Below, one piece after another: positions 8,218-15,063 of a stretch of DNA of 18,849 nucleotides. The position numbers and the translations under genes were made by a program. The DNA comes from a virus (lineage: Duplodnaviria > Heunggongvirae > Uroviricota > Caudoviricetes). How positions within the stretch are numbered: position 1 is the stretch's first letter; each line of letters begins with the position of its first letter. The notes below the pieces were generated by a model. The model did no database searches. It was not told the DNA's origin and saw nothing but the letters and a program-made list of their open reading frames with translations. The stretch lies in the IMG/VR virus record IMGVR_UViG_3300034156_000107; one strand, 5' to 3'.

Positions 8218-8353
8218 GTTGAAATGTTTGGCCAAACGAACAAGGATACTGGTGGTGCAATGGTGCGGGCACTGTAAAATCCAGAAATCTATCCGGGGTA
8301 CGATTCCATACGCACCGCCAATTCTATATCAAGAGGCTTCGGCCTCTTTTTTT
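8218..8353 (+). ncRNA. Candidate small structured RNA
   Basis: GC-rich island between a promoter and a terminator with only a 17-codon ORF; nested helices, pseudoknot potential, T-loop-like TACGATT and 3' CACCGCCA. Confidence 0.55.
8331..8353 (+). terminator. Intrinsic terminator (identical to 3987-4009)
   Basis: AAGAGGC-ttcg-GCCTCTTTTTTT. Confidence 0.92.
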
Positions 8354-8396
8354 ATTTGTTTAAAGGATTATATTTATTTTCTTATCAAAGTAATTG

Positions 8397-8425
8397 TTGA
8401 CGATTTTACAGTTTTTTAGTATAAT
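8397..8425 (+). promoter_or_regulatory. sigma70-type promoter
   Basis: TTGACG-17-TATAAT. Confidence 0.88.
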
Positions 8426-8451
8426 CGTTGCACATGTTTAATTAGGTTTTA

Positions 8452-8892
8452 ATGATGAAAATGAACAAATTTATTCCCGTTATCTTGGGTGTCATTGTTA
8501 TTTTGACACTGCTTTCTAGCTATTTAATGTATGTTGAATCAGGTAAGCGAACTGCATTGACTGTACGTGACGTTACTTTGTATGACACTTCTGTCACTTC
8601 TTACAAGGTAAAAAGCAACACTGTTGTTAATACAAAAGGTTACTTCTTGGATAAGGAAACTAACCTTAAATTTACAGCATCTATTCAAGACAAGTTGTAT
8701 CGTGAATTCCAAGAAGGCAAAAGTAAACCTATTGATCTTCAAAGAGAATTCAACCTTGATACGATTGAAGACACTTCTGATGGACCTACTTTAAAATTTA
8801 TGGCTTTTGTTTTAATTCTTTTGCTTGTGTGGTCTGCGGGCACTGTCATTATTATTAATCGACAAACGAAAAACAAAAAAGAAACCGACTAG
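8452..8892 (+). CDS. Membrane protein with two TM segments; paralog of 5679-6170
   Basis: AGG RBS, two TM segments, shared central motif. Confidence 0.85.
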   Translation: MMKMNKFIPVILGVIVILTLLSSYLMYVESGKRTALTVRDVTLYDTSVTSYKVKSNTVVNTKGYFLDKETNLKFTASIQDKLYREFQEGKSKPIDLQREFNLDTIEDTSDGPTLKFMAFVLILLLVWSAGTVIIINRQTKNKKETD

Positions 8893-8908
8893 CACAAGAG
8901 TTTATCTC

Positions 8909-8937
8909 TTTACATTAAATCTGTTTTTTGATAGAAT
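8909..8937 (+). promoter_or_regulatory. sigma70-type promoter
   Basis: TTTACA-17-TAGAAT. Confidence 0.75.
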
Positions 8938-8970
8938 AGTGTCATCTAATCAATAGCAAGGAACATCAAC

Positions 8971-9159
8971 ATGACAAACAAGACAATCACCGAAAAAGCA
9001 AAGCTTCTGCTGGTTGAATCAATTCAGCGTGATTTAGCCAGTGAACATGATGAACAGCATAGCTTTGCTGCTTATGGTTTTGTGGGTGTCTATAATATGA
9101 ATGAGGAACAGCTTCTGGCCTTGTTCACTGTTCATGGCATCAATCCTTACGAGGTATAA
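8971..9159 (+). CDS. Small hypothetical protein, 62 aa
   Basis: AAGGA RBS after promoter. Confidence 0.8.
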   Translation: MTNKTITEKAKLLLVESIQRDLASEHDEQHSFAAYGFVGVYNMNEEQLLALFTVHGINPYEV

Positions 9160-9162
9160 GCT

Positions 9163-9441
9163 ATGATTAATTGTGTAACATTACGTGATTCATCTGGTCG
9201 AATCAAAACGTTTTCCAAGAACCAAGATTTTTCAGCATATGAAAAACACAAATGGAGCCTTGGCATGGGTGCTGATGGTAAAATGATTACTTATCTGCTT
9301 ATTGCACAAGATTCTTTAATGACTTTGAGTTTTGGTCATCGAGATAGTTTTATGGCTATCCATATTTTTGCAGGTGATTACTTTACCTTGGAAGAAGAAG
9401 GTTCTCCGGCTGTGAATCCATTAACACCGTTGGGTCTTTAA
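9163..9441 (+). CDS. Hypothetical protein, 92 aa
   Basis: GAGG RBS inside the end of the previous gene; 3-nt gap. Confidence 0.78.
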   Translation: MINCVTLRDSSGRIKTFSKNQDFSAYEKHKWSLGMGADGKMITYLLIAQDSLMTLSFGHRDSFMAIHIFAGDYFTLEEEGSPAVNPLTPLGL

Positions 9442-9443
9442 AT

Positions 9444-9590
9444 ATGACTACAAGCTCAGTGACAGTGCCTAATCACTCATCACAGTCTGAATGGACATTT
9501 TTGATGAATTTGCGGTTTAGCGAAGTCTGTATTGTGGCGGCAAAAGTATCGCTGTATCATCATTTGTGCAAACAATACAATATCAAATAA
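9444..9590 (+). CDS. Possible 48-aa protein (MTTSSVTVPN...HHLCKQYNIK), below the ORF-track cutoff
   Basis: ATG 2 nt after the previous stop; fills the gap up to the terminator; no clear RBS. Confidence 0.5.
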   Translation: MTTSSVTVPNHSSQSEWTFLMNLRFSEVCIVAAKVSLYHHLCKQYNIK

Positions 9591-9606
9591 GTCTTTTGTT
9601 TAAATC

Positions 9607-9632
9607 AGTCAACTTCGGTTGGCTTTTTTTTT
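9607..9632 (+). terminator. Intrinsic terminator
   Basis: AGTCAAC-ttcg-GTTGGCT + T9. Confidence 0.88.
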
Positions 9633-9658
9633 GACTAAATTTAAATAAATTTTATAAT
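9631..9658 (+). promoter_or_regulatory. sigma70-type promoter overlapping the terminator T-tract
   Basis: TTGACT-16-TATAAT. Confidence 0.8.
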
Positions 9659-9687
9659 AATAATAATATTAACCTACCACTCACTAC

Positions 9688-10287
9688 ATGCAATTAACCA
9701 GACAAGAACTTTTAGAAAAAGTTAAACAAGCTGTTATTAAACTTAATGATGTTAACTTTATCAACCAAGTCATCAATAATCAACCTGCCACTTTTAATAA
9801 TACGTTCTGGTCAAAGAATATGGGTTATTCATTAGTACCGTTTGGATTAGAGATAATGGGTGTTAAAGGTTCTAAATACCTCAGAAAAAGACCTATGTTG
9901 TTTACTTACCTTTATCAATACAATTTGATCAATGATGACATCACCCAAGTTATAGAACACACCAAAACTGGAACACCCAATAATATTCAATATATTTATA
10001 AGAAGGATCATTCTACTATCGGTTTAAAAGTGGACAGTCATAACATAGGTATTAGTTTAACTGAGGTTATTTCTGATAATGGTTGTTTTGTGTCTGCTTT
10101 GAGAGTGGATAACTATAATCGTTTTTGGTATAACGAATATGTCTATGTTGATGGAAAAGTTAAACATATTTTGTGTGACGCTTACAACTGCTCTACTGAC
10201 ACCCTTGAATTGGAATATGTAGACAACACGGTTAGCCGTGTCTATGTTGTTAATAATGGAATAACTCGCAACTTCTACGAAATCTAA
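9688..10287 (+). CDS. Hypothetical protein, 199 aa, beta-rich C-terminal half
   Basis: Long ORF with own promoter; weak RBS. Confidence 0.8.
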   Translation: MQLTRQELLEKVKQAVIKLNDVNFINQVINNQPATFNNTFWSKNMGYSLVPFGLEIMGVKGSKYLRKRPMLFTYLYQYNLINDDITQVIEHTKTGTPNNIQYIYKKDHSTIGLKVDSHNIGISLTEVISDNGCFVSALRVDNYNRFWYNEYVYVDGKVKHILCDAYNCSTDTLELEYVDNTVSRVYVVNNGITRNFYEI

Positions 10288-10315
10288 TAATCTCATTTTT
10301 GTTGAGCTGTTTTTC

Positions 10316-10344
10316 TTGCCATCACTCTGTTTTTTTGTTATAAT
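10316..10344 (+). promoter_or_regulatory. sigma70-type promoter
   Basis: TTGCCA-17-TATAAT with TG extension. Confidence 0.8.
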
Positions 10345-10371
10345 CCATGCAATTAAACAGAGAACATTATC

Positions 10372-10791
10372 ATGAAATCCACCCGACTTCTCAATGCCCT
10401 TGATAGCTTCCAATCTTATCAGGCACTCAAAAAAGACATGGAAGATATTTTTACCCAAGTCACACTTGATCCAGTGAAAGACAAAGTTGAGATTGCTTAT
10501 ATCAATCGTGAAATCTCTTGCTTTGTCAGCTCTATGGAAATTGAGCAAGAAGACTTTAACAAAATTTGTGGTTTTGATGTGGATCTGGAAAAAATTGACC
10601 AACGTGATCTTCTTGACCTCTTGAAAGAACTGCAAGACGAAGAAAAACACCTTTCCGGTATGGCTGCTGCTTGGGAGTCTGATGACGCTTGCGAAGCGGC
10701 TTGCAATGACCCCGGCCTGCAGTATGAACAAGGTGAAAAAGTTGAACAGCTTTGGGCCGACTTTGACAACACTTACAACAAAACTAATTGA
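10372..10791 (+). CDS. Highly acidic hypothetical protein, 139 aa
   Basis: About 32 D/E versus about 14 K/R (hand count). Confidence 0.85.
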   Translation: MKSTRLLNALDSFQSYQALKKDMEDIFTQVTLDPVKDKVEIAYINREISCFVSSMEIEQEDFNKICGFDVDLEKIDQRDLLDLLKELQDEEKHLSGMAAAWESDDACEAACNDPGLQYEQGEKVEQLWADFDNTYNKTN

Positions 10792-10806
10792 TAGGAGCTT
10801 TATTGT

Positions 10807-11106
10807 ATGAAAAAACTTATTTTGGCTTTGGTTGTTGCTGGTTGCTCTATTTCAGTTCAAGCAAAAGATACTTATGATGTCACTGGTAATTATATCCTTC
10901 CTGCCGACATGGCTGACTGTAAAATTTATAAAATGATGGATGGTGTTTTTGCTCCCATCCTTTTTGTAACCAAATGTCCGATGTCTAAAACATCCACTAC
11001 GTTTACTCAAAAAAATCCAACCAATACCATTCTTGAGTATAGTGATGACGATCAAGAATCAACAGTTATTCAAATGAATGGTAAGCGGTATATGGAAATC
11101 AAATAA
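10807..11106 (+). CDS. Exported small protein or lipoprotein, 99 aa
   Basis: AGGAG RBS; N-terminal signal with possible lipobox VAG-C or SPase I site VQA; Cys pair (DCKIY..TKCP). Confidence 0.8.
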   Translation: MKKLILALVVAGCSISVQAKDTYDVTGNYILPADMADCKIYKMMDGVFAPILFVTKCPMSKTSTTFTQKNPTNTILEYSDDDQESTVIQMNGKRYMEIK

Positions 11107-11123
11107 CCTTTTGGTGGTTATAG

Positions 11124-11148
11124 AAGGAGCTTCGGCTCCTTTTTTTTT
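11124..11148 (+). terminator. Intrinsic terminator
   Basis: AAGGAGC-ttcg-GCTCCTTTTTTTTT. Confidence 0.92.
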
Positions 11149-11162
11149 CAATAATATTTGTT

Positions 11163-11191
11163 TTGATTAAATTGCTCATTTGTGTTAAAAT
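11163..11191 (+). promoter_or_regulatory. sigma70-type promoter
   Basis: TTGATT-17-TAAAAT with TG extension. Confidence 0.75.
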
Positions 11192-11216
11192 ACACCAAAT
11201 ACAGGAGAAATGAATT

Positions 11217-11477
11217 ATGCCACCAATTAAGTATTTGGTTAACGACAAATCTCGTATGTGCTCCATGACAATGGGTGCAAAAGAATACGCTGATAACGTC
11301 AAGGCTGGTTTTCGAGAAGTCACAGCAGAAGAACAAGATGCTTTCCGTGCTGAAACGAAAGCTTTGAAAGAACAAAAGAAACCAAGTAAAGCCAAGGGCA
11401 AAAAAGCTGCTGGTGGTTTGGTTATTAACGCGACGGCGGCTGAACTCGCTAAACTGGTTGAAGACTTTAATAAATAA
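11217..11477 (+). CDS. Small Lys/Ala-rich hypothetical protein, 86 aa
   Basis: AGGAG RBS. Confidence 0.85.
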   Translation: MPPIKYLVNDKSRMCSMTMGAKEYADNVKAGFREVTAEEQDAFRAETKALKEQKKPSKAKGKKAAGGLVINATAAELAKLVEDFNK

Positions 11478-11507
11478 TTGAAACTTTGATAGACGGAGTA
11501 TAAACAA

Positions 11508-11720
11508 TTGTCAGAATATCAAGATAGTGGACTTACCAAGCCTGAACGATATAGCATGTCTCGAAATCAGGTTAATCAAGACTTTGATAAAAAGATTGAA
11601 AACAAATCATTTTTCACTTCTAAAACTTCTATTCAAGAAGAACGTGAAATAGCACTTAAAAAAGTTCATGATCAATATTGGGGCAGTGGCAATCGTGGTG
11701 GAAGCTTCTGTACTGAATAA
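11508..11720 (+). CDS. Small protein, repeat-motif family member 1 (ends YWGSGNRGGSFCTE)
   Basis: GGAG RBS with TTG start; clear paralog of the next gene. Confidence 0.85.
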   Translation: MSEYQDSGLTKPERYSMSRNQVNQDFDKKIENKSFFTSKTSIQEEREIALKKVHDQYWGSGNRGGSFCTE

Positions 11721-11753
11721 TTACAATATACAAATTCATAAGAGGATAATTAA

Positions 11754-11963
11754 ATGGCAGAATCGCATCCAGAACTAGGTTTGAGTAAACAAGATTTTTA
11801 TCGTATGTCTAAACATGAAGTTAATCAAGAGTTTGATAAAAAACTTGCAAATAAATCATTTTTTGACTCCAAAAAGTCAATTGAAGCTGACCGTGAAAAA
11901 GCCTTAAAAGGTGTCCATGATCAGTATTGGGGTGGTGGCGGTGGCGGTGGTTTCTGTGACTAA
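11754..11963 (+). CDS. Small protein, repeat-motif family member 2 (ends YWGGGGGGGFCD)
   Basis: GAGG RBS; paralogy. Confidence 0.88.
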   Translation: MAESHPELGLSKQDFYRMSKHEVNQEFDKKLANKSFFDSKKSIEADREKALKGVHDQYWGGGGGGGFCD

Positions 11964-11982
11964 ACTAGGTTAATACTTTCAA

Positions 11983-12008
11983 AATAAAGACACTTCGGTG
12001 TCTTTATT
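11983..12008 (+). terminator. Intrinsic terminator
   Basis: AATAAAGACAC-ttcg-GTGTCTTTATT. Confidence 0.85.
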
Positions 12009-12063
12009 GTTGACTACGACTTTATTTATGTTATTTTTTAAAGTCACACAAACAGGAGTTTCT

Positions 12064-12456
12064 ATGTCAAAAGAACAGGATAAAAACACACCGTTTCAAC
12101 ATACATTTTATAATAAATCTGTTTTACTTATCAACCGTCATTACGATAATGAGTTGTTGACAAAATCTTTTTTCACATCAAAAAAGTCTATTGAAAGATC
12201 GCGATTGCTTGAATTGCAGGATCTGCAACAAAATCTAGAAAGTCTACAAAAGAAATCAATGATAGTACCGATTATAGATATTGCTACTGGACGAGCTGGC
12301 ACTTATCAAGCTTCAGTTAAGATTATAAATGATCATTTTGACAAAAAACTGTTGAAAAAATCTTTATTTTCGTCTACAATAGCTATTCAAATGGCTCGTA
12401 AGATAGAGCTAGAAAAGATTGAAAATAAGTTTTTCAATAAACAACTTCGCAACTAA
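12064..12456 (+). CDS. Repeat-motif family member 3 with two copies of the motif, about 130 aa
   Basis: AGGAG RBS before ATG 12064; INRHYDNELLTKSFFTSKKSIE and INDHFDKKLLKKSLFSSTIAIQ. Confidence 0.82.
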   Translation: MSKEQDKNTPFQHTFYNKSVLLINRHYDNELLTKSFFTSKKSIERSRLLELQDLQQNLESLQKKSMIVPIIDIATGRAGTYQASVKIINDHFDKKLLKKSLFSSTIAIQMARKIELEKIENKFFNKQLRN

Positions 12457-12484
12457 TCTAAAAGCCAATCAGATAGGTGTATTG

Positions 12485-12949
12485 ATGAACCATTATGTTA
12501 TCTCTCAGCATGAGTCCTACGAATACGAAGGCACTAATAGTGTTCCAGTGGCTATTCGTCATTGCGATGAGTTGGATGTGATTGCAGAAGTGGCTATTCT
12601 TAATGCGAATGTGACCACTGCACAGGGTGATTTGGTCAGTCATTATTACACTTATCATGAAGTTCCGTTGAGCGGTTTCGGCACTACGTTTGATCTGCCT
12701 TCCAAAAAGGCTGAATACAATTTTGTGTCCTTGCGTAACAGGATGGAATTTGACATTGAGCGTGCTCATGTGTTTTATAATCATGGAAAAGAAAACATCT
12801 TCTGTAGTCGCCATGACACCTTTAAAGCCTACTTTTTGGAAGATCATCGTTGCCGTGAGCGGGCGGTTGGAATTCCATATGAACAAGTGGAAGCGATGTT
12901 TGATGAAGTGTTTTCGGCTTATGTCAAACGGGGTATTCGTCTCGTATAA
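12485..12949 (+). CDS. Hypothetical protein, about 154 aa
   Basis: AGGTG RBS before ATG 12485; the listed start at 12419 overlaps the previous gene. Confidence 0.8.
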   Translation: MNHYVISQHESYEYEGTNSVPVAIRHCDELDVIAEVAILNANVTTAQGDLVSHYYTYHEVPLSGFGTTFDLPSKKAEYNFVSLRNRMEFDIERAHVFYNHGKENIFCSRHDTFKAYFLEDHRCRERAVGIPYEQVEAMFDEVFSAYVKRGIRLV

Positions 12950-12962
12950 CATCTATTTAATG

Positions 12963-12989
12963 AACAAGGTCACTTCGGTGACCTTGTTT
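12963..12989 (+). terminator. Intrinsic terminator
   Basis: AACAAGGTCAC-ttcg-GTGACCTTGTTT. Confidence 0.88.
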
Positions 12990-12991
12990 CG

Positions 12992-13020
12992 TTGTTAAAC
13001 GGTGTTTTTTGGTGTATAAT
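12992..13020 (+). promoter_or_regulatory. sigma70-type promoter abutting terminator
   Basis: TTGTTA-17-TATAAT. Confidence 0.75.
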
Positions 13021-13053
13021 AAGCTCCTATTCATTAATCCAAGGTAAGTAGTA

Positions 13054-13416
13054 ATGTCCAGCAAAAATAAAGCAGGAAAAGGCCATTCTATTCCCAACCC
13101 AGTGATGTTTTCTGTCACCATTGATACCGATGATGATTTCACGGTTGATGGTGAAACTCATGTAAAACGTAATATCACTGTGACTGGCAATGGTGATGTG
13201 ACGGTTAACCTGTCGAAATACTTGTTGGATCTCCACTATGAAGCCAGTGCTCGGAATGCTTTAAAAGTGGACGATTTCAAGAAAATGATTCGTAGCCGTG
13301 ACTTCAAGGACGCTATCCACAAACTGACGTTGCCAAAAGATCATTTTGATTATAGTTCTCGTGTATCTGCTGGTGGCAATCACACGATTGTTATCACACT
13401 GGCCGACTCTATCTAA
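13054..13416 (+). CDS. Hypothetical protein, 120 aa
   Basis: AAGG RBS after promoter. Confidence 0.8.
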   Translation: MSSKNKAGKGHSIPNPVMFSVTIDTDDDFTVDGETHVKRNITVTGNGDVTVNLSKYLLDLHYEASARNALKVDDFKKMIRSRDFKDAIHKLTLPKDHFDYSSRVSAGGNHTIVITLADSI

Positions 13417-13446
13417 CCAACACTCTACCTATTAGGAATTGAAATT

Positions 13447-13965
13447 ATGACCACTAAACGCACATTGCTGATCAATATGTTTGACGGCGAGCATCACCAT
13501 CCTTATATGTATAAAACGGGTTTTGATTTTCTTCGCCAATGTTCCGATGTTGAAATTATTCAGCACCTGCACAGTCATTTGGCAAAAGTAGATTTGAGCA
13601 GTTACACCGATCATGGAGCAAAATCTTATCTTCAAATGCTCTATGTTATCTTTAAAGACATTGAAGAGTCGCTTTTCCTTGCCAAAGAAAATGACATTAC
13701 TCACCTTAAATCGGTGTTTGTTCAATATTTTAAAAAGACAGGTGAGTTTGATGATGAACATATCAAACATGTGTTTAATGCAGACCTTGAAAAGATGGCT
13801 GCAACTGCCAATAAAGCTTTGAACATGAAGGATCAGCCATACAAAATTGTTCTGGATAAAGTCTTGGAATCCATTGACGAAATTAATGGTTGCTTTGTTC
13901 TCGACAATCGACCTGTTGTGGCCCTTGAACAACTCTTTATTGATCGAATCAACGCCGTCTCGTAA
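13447..13965 (+). CDS. Hypothetical helical protein, 172 aa
   Basis: AGGA RBS, long ORF. Confidence 0.82.
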   Translation: MTTKRTLLINMFDGEHHHPYMYKTGFDFLRQCSDVEIIQHLHSHLAKVDLSSYTDHGAKSYLQMLYVIFKDIEESLFLAKENDITHLKSVFVQYFKKTGEFDDEHIKHVFNADLEKMAATANKALNMKDQPYKIVLDKVLESIDEINGCFVLDNRPVVALEQLFIDRINAVS

Positions 13966-13983
13966 AAAAAATACAAAAAAGTG

Positions 13984-14012
13984 TTGACGTTGTAGGTGAA
14001 AGTCGCTATAAT
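13984..14012 (+). promoter_or_regulatory. Strong sigma70-type promoter with A-tract UP element (stable-RNA-like)
   Basis: AAAAAAATACAAAAAA upstream; TTGACG-17-TATAAT. Confidence 0.9.
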
Positions 14013-14131
14013 AATCGTCATCAAGAAGGGAAACACATTCTTGATTTTCGTTAAAAAGATGTGGATTATTTTAAGTTCCTCATAATCTGTATCGAGGGCG
14101 TGAAAGCAATTTTACGCTTCGTCTGTTCCAC

Positions 14132-14204
14132 AGAGGTGTATATCAGTTGGTAGATAGTCTCCCTCGCAGGGAGAAGGTCGCGGGTTCAAGTCCCGTCACT
14201 GATG
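14132..14204 (+). tRNA. Non-canonical tRNA-like element, CGC in anticodon position (nominally Ala); mismatched acceptor stem, no CCA
   Basis: D arm TATC/GATA with AGTTGGTA loop; AC arm TCTCC/GGAGA with loop CTCGCAG; variable AGGTC; T arm GCGGG-TTCAAGT-CCCGT; acceptor AGAGGTG/CACTGAT with 2 mismatches. Confidence 0.7.
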
Positions 14205-14232
14205 TGGATTTAGGCCGAGAGGTCAGGACAAA

Positions 14233-14306
14233 TACGGTGTATATCAGCGACCTAGATAATCTCTCTAATCGAGAGAAGGACGTAGGTTCAAATCCTACCA
14301 CTGTAT
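14233..14306 (+). tRNA. Non-canonical tRNA-like element, AAT in anticodon position (nominally Ile), C37, no CCA
   Basis: Acceptor TACGGTG/CACTGTA; D arm TATC/GATA; AC arm TCTCT/AGAGA with loop CTAATCG; T arm GTAGG-TTCAAAT-CCTAC. Confidence 0.7.
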
Positions 14307-14316
14307 TGCAAGAACC

Positions 14317-14345
14317 AAAAAGACTTCTTCGGAAGTCTTTTTTTT
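14317..14345 (+). terminator. Intrinsic terminator closing the tRNA-like unit
   Basis: AAAAAGACTTC-ttcg-GAAGTCTTTTTTTT. Confidence 0.93.
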
Positions 14346-14419
14346 GCTTAAAAGATCGTTGTTGGTAAGGATTACATGACTTTTTAAAAAGCAAACATCG
14401 GTGAGGCGTCACTTCATTG

Positions 14420-14448
14420 TTGTCTTCTATGCTATAATTTGCTATAAT
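14420..14448 (+). promoter_or_regulatory. sigma70-type promoter with duplicated extended -10
   Basis: TTGTCT-17-TATAAT; TGCTATAAT occurs twice, 10 bp apart. Confidence 0.75.
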
Positions 14449-14475
14449 CGGGACTTAAATAAACGAATGAGATAG

Positions 14476-15063
14476 ATGATGAGCCAATCGTTAACTTATT
14501 TTATGCATGACATGCTTAATGTTGACCGGGATCAATCCATTCAAGTGATTGGTCAGCTTGCACCTATTGATTTGGCTCAAATGACTGACTACTTTCCAGA
14601 GTGTGAAGCGATTGGTTGGGATTTCACTGAACGCATGAAAAACGTTGGTGTATCAAAAGCTGCTGGTATTGATGTTGATATTTTCGCCAGTGAGGATTTT
14701 TTGTCGTTCAATGTCGATGAAGACTGTCCAGCGTTTGAAAATTTCTTGAATGAACACTATCCAGTGCTAGCAGATGTCAGCAGCACTTACATGTTTTGTG
14801 CCGCTTCTTACGCTCAGATGCATGATGATTCCAATTTATCTTCTCGTGGGCAGTTGATGTTCATTGTCAGTAACCTGTCGAAGCATTCGTTTATTTCGAT
14901 TGATGTGGATGGTGTAAAGCACGAAGTCATTCCAGAAGCCGGGGATATTTTGTTTATGGACATTGCTTGCAGACATGCTCTGTTTCCAAAACAAGTTGAT
15001 GTCAACAACCTAGATAGTATTCAACCGCTTAAAATGGCAATGATTTCAATCAATGGTTTCTAA
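14476..15063 (+). CDS. Candidate 2OG-Fe(II) dioxygenase/cupin (DSBH) fold protein, 195 aa
   Basis: H-x-D (MHDD) plus distal His (CRHAL) preceded by GDILFMD, a typical DSBH strand; fold inferred from motifs only. Confidence 0.55.
   Translation: MMSQSLTYFMHDMLNVDRDQSIQVIGQLAPIDLAQMTDYFPECEAIGWDFTERMKNVGVSKAAGIDVDIFASEDFLSFNVDEDCPAFENFLNEHYPVLADVSSTYMFCAASYAQMHDDSNLSSRGQLMFIVSNLSKHSFISIDVDGVKHEVIPEAGDILFMDIACRHALFPKQVDVNNLDSIQPLKMAMISINGF

Larger units (their letters stand above)
14020..14345 (+). ncRNA. Structured non-coding transcript with 3 leader hairpins and two tRNA-like domains
   Basis: Hairpins 14020-45, 14058-93 and 14098-117 (GCAA loop); GAGA-loop hairpin 14213-24; two cloverleaves; terminator. 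Confidence 0.7.

Noticed and set aside
8244-8320. Canonical tRNA-Tyr or tRNA-Sec (CTGTAAA, AAATCCAG, GCCA end) or tmRNA
   Set aside because: The anticodon and T stems do not pair properly, there is no D arm, and it is too short for tmRNA; kept only as an unclassified RNA.
7970-8419. 149-aa + strand ORF
   Set aside because: It runs through the start of the opposite-strand gene, an AT-rich promoter region and a terminator, and has no RBS; spurious.
11930-11963. Lasso-peptide core in GGGGGGGFCD
   Set aside because: The Asp is terminal so there is no tail to thread, and no lasso B/C genes are nearby.
14020-14300. CsrA/RsmA-sponge sRNA based on GGA motifs
   Set aside because: Few GGA motifs lie in hairpin loops; most are in stems or tRNA elements.
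14143-14412. ORFs 14147-14368 (+) and 14143-14412 (-)
   Set aside because: They overlap the cloverleaves and terminator, have no RBS and are explained by the RNA sequence.
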